Program-made: the position numbers and the translations under genes | DNA from: Macrostomum lignano | Taxonomy: Eukaryota | DNA length: 64,000 nt | Direction of reading: 5' to 3' | Assembly: GCA_002269645.1 (NCBI GenBank) | Contig: NIVC01000137.1 | Coordinates: 248,001 to 312,000 of the forward strand | The notes under the pieces: generated by a model | What the model saw: only the letters and a program-made list of their open reading frames with translations | Told to the model about the DNA's origin: nothing | Databases searched by the model: none | Shown: piece after piece, positions 28,154 through 40,720 of the stretch | How positions within the stretch are numbered: the stretch's first letter is position 1 | Layout of the letters: every line of letters begins with the position of its first letter

Positions 28154-28573
28154 TCATCGGCAGGCGCCATCACTGATCAGCTGGCGTCGCCCCTGCTGGC
28201 CAGCCCAGCCTACAGAGCTGCTTACCTGGCGGCCGCAATGTTCCTGGCCCAGTCTGGCGGTCCGGTAGCCCTGGTGCTGCTGTTCTCAGCCGCCAGCTGC
28301 CTCGCCCTGCTCAGGCGCAGACCAACCGCTACAGCTTTCAGGTCGAGAGTGAACCGGACCGTAGCGGCCCTGTCCGCAGTGTTCTGCCTGCTGGAGCTGC
28401 CCACCTTCCTGTCCAAGTTGGACGCGGCTCTGGGCGTCCTGCCAGCCGGTCCGAGCGACTGCCTGATGGTGGCGGCCAACGTGATGACCGGCCTGGACTC
28501 GGCGGCGAACTGCTTCATCTACATCCTGGCCAATCCCAGCCTCCGAGTGAGGCAGCACCAGCACCAGCGGTAG
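28154..28573 (+). CDS. Rhodopsin-class 7TM GPCR, exon 2 (TM5-TM7)
   Basis: Phase-0 continuation SSAGAITDQ...; TM5 FLAQSGGPVALVLLF, TM6 LSAVFCLLELPTF, TM7 LDSAANCFIYILAN; spliced product about 355 aa. Confidence 0.85.
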   Translation, partial: SSAGAITDQLASPLLASPAYRAAYLAAAMFLAQSGGPVALVLLFSAASCLALLRRRPTATAFRSRVNRTVAALSAVFCLLELPTFLSKLDAALGVLPAGPSDCLMVAANVMTGLDSAANCFIYILANPSLRVRQHQHQR

Positions 28574-28847
28574 CAGCTCCAGCTTGTGCAGCTGACGAGA
28601 GTGCGCCGTCAATCGAATTTGATCGGTCCATAAAATCCCGTTAGCAGATTGGAACTTATTTAGATTAATAAGTTCTAAAGAGTATTAAAGTACTAAACTG
28701 GCCTCGATTCGATTCCGTGCGCGGCCACTTTAATTAATTTATGGGTTTTGTGTTAGGAAAACTAGCTGTACACCCTGTGTGAGCAATTGTGTACGGGTGC
28801 TGTTGCACACCAAAGTCAGCGGACTGCCTTCCTTTTGTCGTCATTGT

Positions 28848-29265
28848 TAGGGGCGTCACCAACCGGGGGGGGGGGGGCAGGGGGGACATGCCCCCCCAGT
28901 AAAAGCTATATGGGGGACATGTCATGATGTCCATGCTTTTTCACCCAACCAACCCTGTGACCCGTTATGGAAATCAATAATTTTGCTTTAGGGCGACAAA
29001 ATATAGCGCCTGCGGCACTAAGATGAGTGCCTATGGCGCCAAAATGAGTGCTTTCGGCGCCAAAGAGTGCCTGTGGCGCCAAAGAAATGAGTGTCTGCAG
29101 CGCAAAAAAGGTGCCTGTGGCGCCAAAGAAATGTGTGGCTGCGGCGCCAAAATAAGTGCCTGGGAGGCACCAAATGAGGGCTGGCAACACCGATTCTGAA
29201 AATAATGTACATTTACATATAGAATTCTTAGCTTTGTCCCCCCCCCCGCCCCACCATAAAATTGC
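28848..29265 (-). mobile_element. Partial MITE family C copy
   Basis: One end TAGGGGCGTCACCA at 28848, short GGCGCCAAAATGAGTG repeats and CCCCACCATAAAATT match 23692-24520 in reverse; other TIR missing. Confidence 0.65.
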
Positions 29266-30224
29266 ATCTATTTTTCTTATTAAAAAACTTCGCTGCCTAA
29301 AGTTTTATTTTTTGACGAGTCAATATGAATTATCCCTTATTTTATCCTATTATAATCGTCGAAAGCCCCTAAATTGCCGCTGTACTGGAACATATCATGT
29401 ACTTGCCGGCCTCTGAATATCTCAGAGTTTCAGTTTTTATCGCACATAGTAACTAAGAAAGGAAAATATTTTCTTCAACTTCTGTTGCAGCAAGGAAATT
29501 CCAACTTGCTGACTCTGGTTGAGCAGGAAATGTAAATTCAGTTTAAATCTATCTACATAATTAGTTGCCAACCGCAAACTAAATGAGATAAGCCAAGAGC
29601 CAGTATTAAAGTAAATTACTCGTATTTTCCAATACTTATTAATTTATTGATCTTGGCAAATAAAAAGCACACGAGCTCGCAATAAGTAATGACGAGCCCA
29701 CACAGAATTAATAAGATAATGAGAGAAATTATGCATGACAATTAAACCTTTTCGCGACAATTGTTTAATAAATAAGAAAATAAAAGAAACAAAAATAGAT
29801 GAAATCTAGAATAAACTCTGAAAATAAAAAGCTTGTAAAACTAGTTAGTTATACAATAGCGAGATAAGCAAGTATCTAATGTACTTTACTTACAAAACTT
29901 AATTGTAAACCATTACGATATAAGATTGGTTTCTAACATAAATCAAATACAGTAATAATTATAAATAATTATAATTAGTTGACAAGCTAACTGTTTGCAT
30001 GCAAAAATGAATATAAAGAAATCAGTAGACACAAGAAAATTACATCAATTCTGACAGTAATTACATAGCATAACCATTTTGAGCCAAAAAGTTATACGGG
30101 ACCAATTCATGCAATGAAAATTATCACACTATATATGGTTTACTAAAACAATATTTTATACAACTTTAACGATACAGTGGCTTTAGTTAATAAAAGGTGC
30201 CAACCTTCAGAGCATTTTGAGTGC

Positions 30225-30736
30225 CGCAATCGCCCCTTTAAAATTCCGCAAACCCCCCTTGAAGCGGCGCAATTCCCCCTTTTGAAATGCTGCAATCCCC
30301 GATGAAGTGCCGCAATCCCCCTTTGAAGTGCCGCAAATCCCTCCTACGAATTGCCGGCAATCCCTCCCACTTGAAGTGCTGAAATCCCCCTTTGAAGTGC
30401 CGCCATCCCCCCTTTAAAGTGCCGCAATCCCCTCTTTGAAGTGCCGCAATCTCCTCTTTGAAGTGCCGCAATCTCCTCTTTGAAGTGCCGCAATCTCCTC
30501 TTTGAAGTGCCGCAATCCCCCCTTTGAAGTGCCGCAATCCCCCCTTTGAAGTGCCGCAATCTCCTCTTTGAAGTGCCGCAATCTCCTCTTTGAAGTGCCG
30601 CAATCCCCCCTTTGAAGTGCCGCAATCCCCCCTTTGAAGTGCCGCAATCTCCTCTTTGAAGTGCCGCAATCCCCCCTTTGAAGTGCCGCAATCCCCCCTT
30701 TGAAGTGCCGCAATCTCCTCTTTGAAGTGCCGCAAT
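30225..30736. repeat. 21-22 bp minisatellite TTTGAAGTGCCGCAATC(T/C)CC(T/C)C
   Basis: Direct tandem array just beyond the myotubularin stop codon. Confidence 0.95.
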
Positions 30737-30838
30737 CCTACCAATGAGCCTGTATAAATATAAACAAGCAGTCACAGTCAAATAACAGCATAAAAAAGCA
30801 AGCAACTCACAGCAAGCAGGCAAATCAATCGGTGTTAG

Positions 30839-31382
30839 TCAGGCGTCAGCGCCATTGCTAAGCCTGGCAAAGCATGCCTGGCACACTCTGCATTTGTCGC
30901 GCAGAAACTGCTGAGGCAGCGACATGTACTGATCGCAGCACCTGTAGCAGAACACGTCGCCACAGGCTCGGCAGTGATGCCGACGCAACAATTGATTAAA
31001 GCTGGCGTGACAGTTGGCGCACGTGTGACGCAGATGGTCCGGCACCCAGCGGACAATGCCGCCTTCGTCGCAATTGTCAACAAACTCGGCGCTCTCCATG
31101 CTGGGCTCCGACAGGGAACTGCTGGCGCTGCTTCGGCACCGGCTGCTGGCGTTCCCTGGACCGCCTGACTGTCGCTGCTGCTGTTGCTCACCCTCAGCAG
31201 CAGCTGCGGCCGCTTGAGCATCAAGGCGCTCCTGAAGATACCGTCTGGTTCGTTCGGCCTGGCTCAGCTCCCGTCTGAGCTGTCGCAACTGGTCCTGCAT
31301 ATTGAGCGCATAAAGCATATTGGCTTTGTTCGGCCTGTCTGAGCTGACCGAGCTTCCGTTTTCTATGCGAATTCCAACTAAC
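30839..31382 (-). CDS. MTMR3/4: Myotubularin-related phosphatase, last exon (coiled coil plus FYVE); 5' boundary approximate
   Basis: QDQLRQLRRELSQAER coiled coil; WVPDH..CANC..RRHHCRACGDVFC..CC..RVCQAC FYVE signature; stop at 30839; candidate acceptor TATAG| at 31383. Confidence 0.88.
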
Positions 31383-31399
31383 CTATATATGTTGGATAA

Positions 31400-32560
31400 T
31401 CCCACCCTTATCGAGTGACAGACAGGATAATATCACCCCAATGTGTGACAGTCTGGATAATCTCACCCTTATTGAGTGACAGACAGGATAATCTCACCCC
31501 TATTGAGTGACGGGCTGGATAATCTCACCCTTATTGAGTGACAGTCTGGATAATCCCACCCTTATCGAGTGACAGACAGGATAATATCACCCCATTAAGT
31601 GACAGTCTGGATAATCTCTCCCCTATTGAGTGACAGTCTGGATAATCTCACCTATATTGAGTGACAGTCTGGATAATCTCACCCCATTGAGTGACAGAGT
31701 GGATAATCTCACCCCTATTGAGTGACAGTCTGGATAATCTCACCCTTATTGAGTGACAGTCTGGATAATATCACCCCATTCAGTGACAGAGTGGATAATC
31801 TCACCACATTGAGTGACAGTCTGGATAATCTCACCCTTATTGAGTGACAGACAGGATAATCTCACCCCTATTGAGTGACGGGCTGGATAATCTCACCACA
31901 TTGAGTGACAGAGTGGATAATCTCACCACATTAAATGACAGAGTGGATAATCTCACCACATTGAGTGACAGAGTGGATAATCTCACCACATTGAGTGACA
32001 GTCTGGATAATATCACCCCATTCAGTGACAGAGTGGATAATCTCACCACATTGAGTGACAGTCTGGATAATCTCACCCTTATTGAGTGACAGACAGGATA
32101 ATCTCACCCCTATTGAGTGACGGGCTGGATAATCTCACCACATTGAGTGACAGAGTGGATAATCTCACCACATTAAGTGACAGAGTGGATAATCTCACCA
32201 CATTGAGTGACAGAGTGGATTAATCTCACCACATTGAGTGACAGAGTGGATAATCTCACCACATTGAGTGACAGAGTGGATAATCTCACCACATTGAGTG
32301 ACAGAGTGGATAATCTCACCACATTGAGTGACAGAGTGTATATTCTCACCCCATTGAGGGACGGGCTGGATAATCTCACCACATTGAGTGACAAAGTGGA
32401 TATTCTCACCCCATTGAGGGACGGGCTGGATAATCTCACCCCATTGAGGGACGGACTAGATATTCTCACCCCTTTGAGTGATTGCTGGATAATCTCACCC
32501 TTATTAAGTGACAGACTGGATATTCTCACCCCACTGAGTGACGGACCGGATAATCTCACC
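31400..32560. repeat. 30-bp intronic minisatellite GAGTGACAGAGTGGATAATCTCACCACATT
   Basis: About 38 diverged tandem copies. Confidence 0.95.
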
Positions 32561-33094
32561 CCTTTAGGGCACGCACTAAATAAAATATAAAAAGCATGCT
32601 GAATGCTACAAGCAAAGACAACAGGTTATCCGAAATTAATGACGTCAATTTCCCAATGACGCACTCCATTCCTCGTTAGCCTAACGGGAAATGTCAATTT
32701 TTTATGCTTTTCATCAAACTATTGACTTTATGGTAATAAAAAACCATCGTTCTAATCCTATTTTTTCGCTCTCAAATAGCCGTCGCTGTTAAAGGAGCCG
32801 CTAATCCAAATCCTTCGGCATTCAGTTTAAGCTGGAGACTCAAAAAGTGTGAATTTTTCACCTTTGGCAAATCCGTTTCTCTTTATCTCCAGCTTTGTCT
32901 TGCCTTGCTCAGCTATTAAAAAGAGTGGCTCAAGCGCACAGAAGATAGAAGCAGTCGAAATCCCTAGAGAAATGACGGACGAGGACGAAACACCTGAGAA
33001 GTAAAGCTGCAGCTTTGGCAACCAAATATAGAGGCTTAGGTAGGTAGATAAGGGTTGTGGATCTAAAATGGCTGATTGCTAGTATGGGGGGGTA

Positions 33095-33627
33095 GAGGGC
33101 GGATTATTAAACTGGGGGTAGGGGTAGAGAGCGGATTGTTAAACTGGGGGTAGGGGTAGAGAGCGGATTTTTAAACTGGGGGTAGGGGTAGAGAGCGGAT
33201 TGTTAAACTGGGGGTAGGGGTAGAGAGCGGATTGTTAAACTGGGGGTAGGGGTAGAGAGCGGATTGTTAAACTGGGGGTAGGGGTAGAGAGCGGATTGTT
33301 AAACTGGGGTAGGGGTAGAGAGCGGATTGTTAAACTGGGGTAGGGGTAGAGAGCGGATTGTTAAACTGGGGTAGGGGTAGAGAGCGGACTGTTAAACTGG
33401 GGGTAGGGGTAGAGAGCGGATTGTTAAACTGGGGTAGGGGTAGAGAGCGGATTGTTAAACTGGGGGTAGGGGTAGAGAGCGGATTGTTAAACTGGGGTAG
33501 GGGTAGAGAGCGGATTGTTAAAATGGGGTAGGGGTAGAGAGCGGATTGTTAAACTGGGGTAGGGGTAGAGAGCGGATTGTTAAACTGGGGGTAGGGGTAG
33601 AGGGTGGATTGTTAAACTGGGGTAGGG
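33095..33627. repeat. 31-32 bp G-rich intronic minisatellite GGGGGTAGGGGTAGAGAGCGGATTGTTAAACT
   Basis: About 17 copies, two G-tracts per unit. Confidence 0.95.
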
Positions 33628-34019
33628 TGCAAGTAGTGGATCGCTAGAGCACACTGGGAGGATGCTGAGTGGCTTTGTATAATTATCGAGGCATTATCGT
33701 GTTGCTGTATTAATTAGTAAGAGGTTATATCCTCTTCACTCGGCCGACTAGCTGAAATTAAGCAACATAATTGTAACTGTAGCTAATATAGCAGGTAATA
33801 CCTTCTAAAGCCACGGCGTAATTAGCTTTACTCTGTCAAGCGTATGTTCGGAATACCGCAGCCTCTAATCATGTCAGGGTTTGTGCATATTCACTACTAC
33901 CTAATGGAGTAACCAATACTCAACCGAGTTCCACAATTCAAGTAGGACTAAAATGGAGAAAGAAATCACAATGAAATATACTATTTCCTTAAAGGTCAAT
34001 CTTAAAAGTGATCACTTAA

Positions 34020-35765
34020 TAGACCAGCCCTATTAGAGATCATAAACCAGCCCTATTAGAGATCATAAACCAGCCCTATTAGAGATCATAAACCAGCCCT
34101 ATTAGAGATCATAAACCTGCCCTATTAGAGATCATAAATCAGTCTTATTAGAGATTATAAAGCAGCCCTATTAGAAATCGTAAACCTGCCCTATTATAAA
34201 TCATAAACCAGCCCTATTAGAGATTATAAAGCAGCCCTATTAAAAATCGTAAACCTGCCCTATTAGAGATCATAAACCAGCTATATTAGAGATCATAAAC
34301 CTGCCCTATTAGAGATCATAAACCTGCCCTATTAGAGGTCATAAACCTGCCCTATTAGAGATCATAAACCTGCCCTATTAGAGCTCATAAACCTGCCCTA
34401 TTAGAGATCATAAACCTGCCCTATTAGAGGTCATAAACCAGCACTATTAGAAATCACTAACCAGCCCTATTAGAAATCTTAAACCAGCCCTATTAGAGAT
34501 CATAAACCAGCCCTATTAGAGATCACAAACAAGCCCTGTTAGAAATCATAAACCAGACCTATTAGAGATCATAAACCAGCTCTATCAGAGGTCATAAACC
34601 AGCCCTATTAGAGATCACAAACAAGCCCTGTTAGCAATCATAAACTAGCTCTATTAGAGAGCATAAACCAACCTTAAACTAGCCCTATTAGAGGTCATAA
34701 ACCAGCACTATTAGAGATCACAAAGCAGCCATATTAGAGGTCATAAACCAGCCCTATTAGAGGTCATAAACCAGCCCAATTAGAGATCATAAACCTGCCC
34801 TATTAGAGATCATAAACCAGCTCTATCAGAGGTCATAAACCAGCCCTATTAGAGATCACAAACAAGCCCTGTTAGCAATCATAAACTAGTCCTATTAGAG
34901 AGCATAAACCAACCTTAAACTAGCCCTATTAGAGGTCATAAACCAGCCCTATTAGAGACCACAAAGCAGCCATATTAGAGCTCATAAACCTGCCCTATTA
35001 GAGATCATAAACCTGCCCTATTAGAGGTCATAAACCAGCACTATTAGAAATCACTAACCAGCCCTATTAGAAATCTTAAACCAGCCCTATTAGAGATCAT
35101 AAACCAGCCCTATTAGAGATCACAAACAAGCCCTGTTAGAAATCATAAACCAGACCTATTAGAGATCATAAACCAGCTCTATCAGAGGTCATAAACCAGC
35201 CCTATTAGAGATCACAAACAAGCCCTGTTAGCAATCATAAACTAGCTCTATTAGAGAGCATAAACCAACCTTAAACTAGCCCTATTAGAGGTCATAAACC
35301 AGCACTATTAGAGATCACAAAGCAGCCATATTAGAGGTCATAAACCAGCCCTATTAGAGGTCATAAACCAGCCCAATTAGAGATCATAAACCTGCCCTAT
35401 TAGAGATCATAAACCAGCTCTATCAGAGGTCATAAACCAGCCCTATTAGAGATCACAAACAAGCCCTGTTAGCAATCATAAACTAGTCCTATTAGAGAGC
35501 ATAAACCAACCTTAAACTAGCCCTATTAGAGGTCATAAACCAGCCCTATTAGAGACCACAAAGCAGCCATATTAGAGGTCATAAACCAGCCCTATTAGAG
35601 GTCATAAACAAGCCCTATTAGAGATAATAAACCTGCCCTATTAGAGATCATAAACCAGCCCTATTAGAGATCATAAACCAGCCCTATTAGAGATCATAAA
35701 CCAGCCCTATTAGAGATCATAAACCAGTCCTATTAGAGATCATAAACCAGCCCTATTAGACACTA
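34020..35765. repeat. 23-bp intronic minisatellite AAACCAGCCCTATTAGAGATCAT with ~600-bp higher-order duplication
   Basis: About 75 copies; the same series of variant units recurs near 34370 and 34975. Confidence 0.95.
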
Positions 35766-35867
35766 TAAACCGAACTCCTCAAAGTCTAAACCATATCTAT
35801 CAGAGACTAGGTCCAGTACAGCAACAAGCCCAGCAATCACTAACAGAGCCCCAGCATGCGCACTCAC

Positions 35868-36449
35868 CTGAAAGGGATCGCAAGCGAGCGGTAGACCATC
35901 CCAATCAAGCCGATCAAAGCTACCAGGCTGACCAGGCGGGGCGTACAGTGCTCTCCAGAGTTGCAAACTGTGAATAGCGGCTGACGGGGTGAGGACTCGA
36001 TGACTGGGCTGGTAAAGCTCATTCTTTATACCGGCCAGTTTTAATATATTCCAAACGCACAGGCCGCGACTTTTTAAATCTGCAGCGTCTCGTTCGGCCG
36101 GTCCGTTGCTAAGGAAGCTAATAAACAAGCCGGAGTAACAGTGCACCGCTAATCGCCTTAGCAACGCGTCCGTGAACTCAAACTGAGTAGGATATTGTAA
36201 TAATAATTGATGCACGCAATCTAGAAATTGCAGAAATATTGGAGACCGCTCGTTCGCGTCCCGACCGGAGCAACGGTCGGCGAATTTGTGCCCGAATTCG
36301 AACCATTCCCGATTGATCAGCAGGCGGAAACCGGCGATGCTGCGGTAGTAGGGATCGGCTATGAGCTGGCACAGGCTGGTGAGCTGCGGGGTCCGATCCC
36401 AACCGTCTGAGCAGTGCACCAGCACCGAGCGGCCCTCGGACACCAGCAC
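35868..36449 (-). CDS. MTMR3/4: Myotubularin-related phosphatase, catalytic exon
   Basis: VLVHCSDGWDRTPQ (CX5R), DPYYRSIAGF..LINREWFEFGHKFADR, SPIFLQFLDCVHQL..QYPTQFEF; acceptor CCTCAG|36449, donor CAG|GTGAGT at 35868; 582 nt, phase 0/0. Confidence 0.95.
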
Positions 36450-36594
36450 CTGAGGATTTGAGCCGGTGAATCAAGGCTACAATGCAAGCGCAGCGAGCGA
36501 AGAAGCCAGCACGCACTAGCTCACACGGGGTGTACAGCAACCTTGAGTATCTTAATTACGACCCATATGCACGTAGTGTGCAACTCATACAGCA

Positions 36595-36965
36595 GGCAAC
36601 ATTTTGGGCCACAGCAGGCAACATTTTGGCGCCACAGACAGGCACTCATTTTGGCGCCACAGACAGGCACTCATTTTGGGCCACAGACAGGCACTCATTT
36701 TGGCGCCACAGACAGGCACTCATTTTGGGCCACAGACAGGCACTCATTTTGGGCCACAGACAGGCACTCATTTTGGCGCCACAGACAGGCACTCATTTTG
36801 GGCCACAGACAGGCACTCATTTTGGCGCCACAGGCAGGTACTCATTTTGGCGCCACAGACAGGCAATCATTTTGGGCCACAGACAGGCACTCATTTTGGC
36901 GCCACAGACAGACACTCATTTTGGGCCACAGACAGGCACTTATTTTGGCGCCACAGGCAGGCACT
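36595..36965. repeat. 24-25 bp intronic minisatellite GCCACAGACAGGCACTCATTTTGG(C)
   Basis: Tandem array sharing the CACTCATTTTGGCGCC core with the MITE C minisatellite. Confidence 0.93.
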
Positions 36966-37079
36966 AAAATGGGACATTTCAACAGTTACCATATTAAATC
37001 AGAGCAGCACAGCTGTGCTATGAAAGTTAAGCAAAGATGCCTGTGGTTAGTTAAGACAAGTTTAAAACATTTTCATTAC

Positions 37080-37649
37080 CTGAGCTATTCTACTAGAATG
37101 CCTAATCAACGAGCTCAGCAATGTCAGCCAGCCGGCCCGTTCGATGTCGCTTAAGAAGCTCGCATTCTGAGCGGCTGCGGCGGCCGCGGCGGCGGCAGCA
37201 GTGGCGGAGCTGACACCAGACGAAGTAGTTGACGTTGGCGGCGCCGTACAAACTGGAGCGGCAGGCGCAGGCGCCAGAGATACAGTAGAATAATTACCCA
37301 CAGATGTTGCGGATGAGGCTTGCAACGCTTCTGTTGTCGCGGTCGCCACAGTTGACGCAGATCCATTATTACCGCTAGCATAACTACTATAAGTAACAGT
37401 AGTAGCACTAGCAGAGCTATTAGAAGAAAACGAATTCGAGGCGACAGAGGCTAAGGAGCCATCGCGACCGCAACAGGCAGCACCTAAAGCGGCTCGCAGG
37501 GCGGCAAAACTATTCCTAATAGCGTGGATATTTGGCAGGCCCAGGTATTCGATCTCCGTGCCCGTATAATATTCGGGCCGTTCGTAGCCGCCGCCTCGGG
37601 TGCCATTGCCAAGCGCGGCAGTGTAATGCCTGGCGTCCACTATTAGCAC
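37080..37649 (-). CDS. MTMR3/4: Myotubularin-related phosphatase, exon 3
   Basis: IVDARHYTAALGN..RGGGYE..EYY....EYLGLPNIHAIRNSF and FLSDIERAGWL; AATCCAG|37649 acceptor, CAG|GTAATG donor at 37080; 570 nt. Confidence 0.93.
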
Positions 37650-37734
37650 CTGGATTAGGTAATTCGGGTCAGTGTATGTTTTATTGCTTATTCAACTCAG
37701 ACTGTATTTAACCACCATTTATAAATTTCGCAAC

Positions 37735-38015
37735 GTAGCTAATAGAAAATGGCAACTCAGCTAATAGAAAATGGCAACTCAGCTAATAGAAAATGGCAAC
37801 TCAGCTAATAGAAAATGGCAACTCAGCTAATAGAAAATGGCAACTCAGCTAATAGAAAATGGCAACTCAGCTAATAGAAAATGGCAACTCAGCTAATAGA
37901 AAATGGCAACTCAGCTAATAGAAAATGGCAACTCAGCTAATAGAAAATGGCAACTCAGCTAATAGAAAATGGCAACTCAGCTAATACAAAATAGCAACTC
38001 AGCTAATAGAAAATA
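37735..38015. repeat. 22-bp intronic minisatellite AATAGAAAATGGCAACTCAGCT
   Basis: About 13 near-perfect copies filling most of the 37650-38033 intron. Confidence 0.96.
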
Positions 38016-38033
38016 GCAATCGCTGGCACAAAC

Positions 38034-38579
38034 CTTTTTAGCAGCATCGGAAGTCAGCATTCGCACCAATTTCTCGTCGGGTTCGCAACGCCAGCCGAGA
38101 AATCCAGCCAACCCAACTAGCGGTTGGGCCGAGCGCGCCAAAACGGCGCCATTAGCCCGGCAGCGCCAAACTGGCGCCGGAAATCTACCCAGAGCTCGGT
38201 AGCCGCTAGACTGGCGCAATTCGTCTTCCGTAACGGAGGCCGGAAGCAGATGCAGCCTAGGATAGGACTGGCACAAAGACCTGTCGGAGTTGAGTTTAGT
38301 AACGCACCAGCCGCTATTATCGCCCAGGAAGCCGAGTCGTTTAGCTTCCTCTATAAAAGATTTCTCAGTGTAGTGCGCCGAGTAGCCCATGTCAACAGGC
38401 TCAGCATCGGCCTGCTGCTGCTGCCGCCTTCGGATCGTCTTTTTGAATAGGTAGGGAAAATAGGTGGCGCCCTGGCAGTCCAAAAGAGGACTTAATCGGG
38501 TCGGATCGAGTCGTTCGGCCCACTGGTTGAGCTCGGGTAGGGAGTCGAAGTACAGTCGGGGCAGGTTGCAGCGCCCGTC
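38034..38579 (-). CDS. MTMR3/4: Myotubularin-related phosphatase, exon 2
   Basis: DGRCNLPRLYFDSLPELNQWAERL (end of PH-GRAM), then WCVTKLNSDRSLCQSYP..LLP, YRALGRFPAPVWR, LARSAQPLVG..GWRCEPDEKL; CCTTAG|38579 acceptor, AAG|GTTTGT donor at 38034; 546 nt. Confidence 0.9.
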
Positions 38580-38789
38580 CTAAGGAGTTTAATAGAGCGT
38601 TGAGGTTTCCCGTACTGAATAGATTTAAAATGGACATATAAGAAGGCTGTGTAGCATTATGGGGTCGAGAGAGGAACAGAGGTCCGAGTTAGGGATAGAC
38701 ATGAGAGTGAGTGAGTGGGTGAGTATTAAGGGCTGAGTAAGGGCAGAAGCAGAGGGTAGTAGACATAGGCAGAGGGGGTAGTGACATTG

Positions 38790-39540
38790 GTAGAGGGGTA
38801 GAGACAAGGGCAGAGGGTGTAGAGACATGGGCAGAGGGTGTAGAGACATGGGCAGAGGGGTGTAGACATGGGCAGAGGGTGTAGAGACATGGGCAGAGGG
38901 TGTAGAGACATGGGCAAAGGGGTGTAGACATGGGCAGAGGGGTGTAGACATGGGTAGAGAAGGTAGAAATTGGTAGAGGGGGTAGAGACATGGGCAGAGG
39001 GGGTAGAGACATGGGCAGAGGGGGTAGAGTCATGGGCAGAGGGGGTAGAGACATGGGCAGAGGGGGTAGAGACATGGGCAGAGGGGGTAGAGACATGGGC
39101 AGAGGGGGTAGAGTCATTGGCAGAGGGGGTAGAGACATGGGCAGAGGGGGTAGAGTCATGGGCAGAGGGGGTAGAGACATGGGCAGAGGGGGTAAAGTCA
39201 TGGGCAGAGGGGTTAGAGACATGGGCAGAGGGGTGTAGAGTCATGGGCAGAGGGGGTAGAGACATGGGCAGAGGGGGTAGAGTCATGGGCAGAGGGGGTA
39301 GAGTCATGGGCAGAGGGGGTAGAGACATGGGCAGAGGGGGTAGAGTCATGGGCAGAGGGGGTAGAGTCATGGGCAGAGGGGGTAGAGACATGGGCAGAGG
39401 GGTGTAGACATGGGTAGAGAAGGTAGAAATTGGTAGAGGGGGTAGAGACATGGGCAGAGGGGGTAGAGACATGGGCAGAGGGGGTAGAGTCATGGGCAAA
39501 GGGGGTAGAGACATAGTTAAAAGGGGTAGAGACATGGGTA
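38790..39540. repeat. 21-bp G-rich intronic minisatellite GGGCAGAGGGGGTAGAGACAT
   Basis: About 35 copies. Confidence 0.95.
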
Positions 39541-39645
39541 CATAAATAGACTAAATAGAAATATGGATAACCAATGGAAAATACTTGTAAATTAGTCAGT
39601 TGTAAATACCTACAAATAAATAAATCATAGATATTGAGTCACTAC

Positions 39646-40272
39646 CTTACAATGCAGTTGCAACTGCAATCCATCCAAAGCCTGCAGCCGTTCAATTAAA
39701 AACACTGGCAAAGATTCAATTAGACGCAATTCAGCCGGCTCCATCTGTCCTGATGTCGATGCAGCAGATTCAACATCAGCAGGCGGTTGGCGTAGCAACA
39801 ACAATCGATAATTAGTGAGCACAATCAACAGGCCAGTTGAGTCCAAGCCAGAGCAGCAGTACCGCTCTCCCGGTAGCAGAGAATCAGCAGGCAACAGTTT
39901 GGCCCCAGTTTCATCACGCGCGCCATCATCTGCATCATCAACATCATCGGCTCTGTCAACGTCTTGCTCCTCGTCTGGCTGTGGCATTATTGACAAGATC
40001 TCCTCAGGAGCTGTGCCGCACGAACTGACGCTAGGACAGCTGGATAGAGTTCGAACCCGATTTAAAGCGTCCTGCAGTTCATGCGCCGATAATTGCTGAT
40101 GCTGGTCGATTATTATTGAACCGTTCCTAGCCCGTATTGAGTTGTCTGGCTCCTCTTGCTCATGAATTGAGCCATTTAGCGTAGTGACGGATGAAGTCAT
40201 TGTTGGCGATGGTGGCATCTCTGTCAGCTCTTTGTCTTCATGGCCCTGACCAACTGGGTCTTCATTAGACAT
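39646..40272 (-). CDS. MTMR3/4: Myotubularin-related phosphatase, first coding exon (N-terminus plus PH-GRAM)
   Basis: ATG 40272 (MSNEDP); LLPGE......GLLIVLTNYRL...LPVFLIERLQ....LQLHCK; donor AAG|GTAGTG at 39646; 627 nt, phase 0. Confidence 0.88.
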
Positions 40273-40720
40273 TTTGGACTTCTGGCCCTTTTGAATCAAT
40301 TCAAATTTTGTTTTTTTTTAAATAGAAACTGGACTTGTGTCAGGTTTATATACTGGGCATGAATGCCATGCAAAAAAACATAATTATATTGTTGGAAAAT
40401 TTTAGTGTTTTAGTTTTAATTTTGATGGATTGGTATATTTATACACTTAAAATGTTGTAACAAATATTTTGAATCACAATCTGCCTTTAATGGTACATAA
40501 ACATATTTAACCTGTGCAGAACCTCTAAAGTCTTAGAATATATTTTTCCTCAACTTAAAACTATTGAGAAACATTATTAATATAAATACATATAATATAG
40601 ATTCATATACTATAACAAAAAAGTACCATTTAGCCTTGAAATATTAGCAATACCCCTTGTAAGCCTTGAAATCTTAGTGATTCCACTAGTAAGCCTGAAT
40701 ATTTCAATGATTCCTTAGTA

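Noticed and set aside
23757-39535. Repetitive-peptide ORFs (MSACGAK, ALQRGDCG, VRLSTLSL, RHRQALIL, PLPMSLP, SQSV)
   Set aside because: Stop-free translations of minisatellites; several lie in introns.
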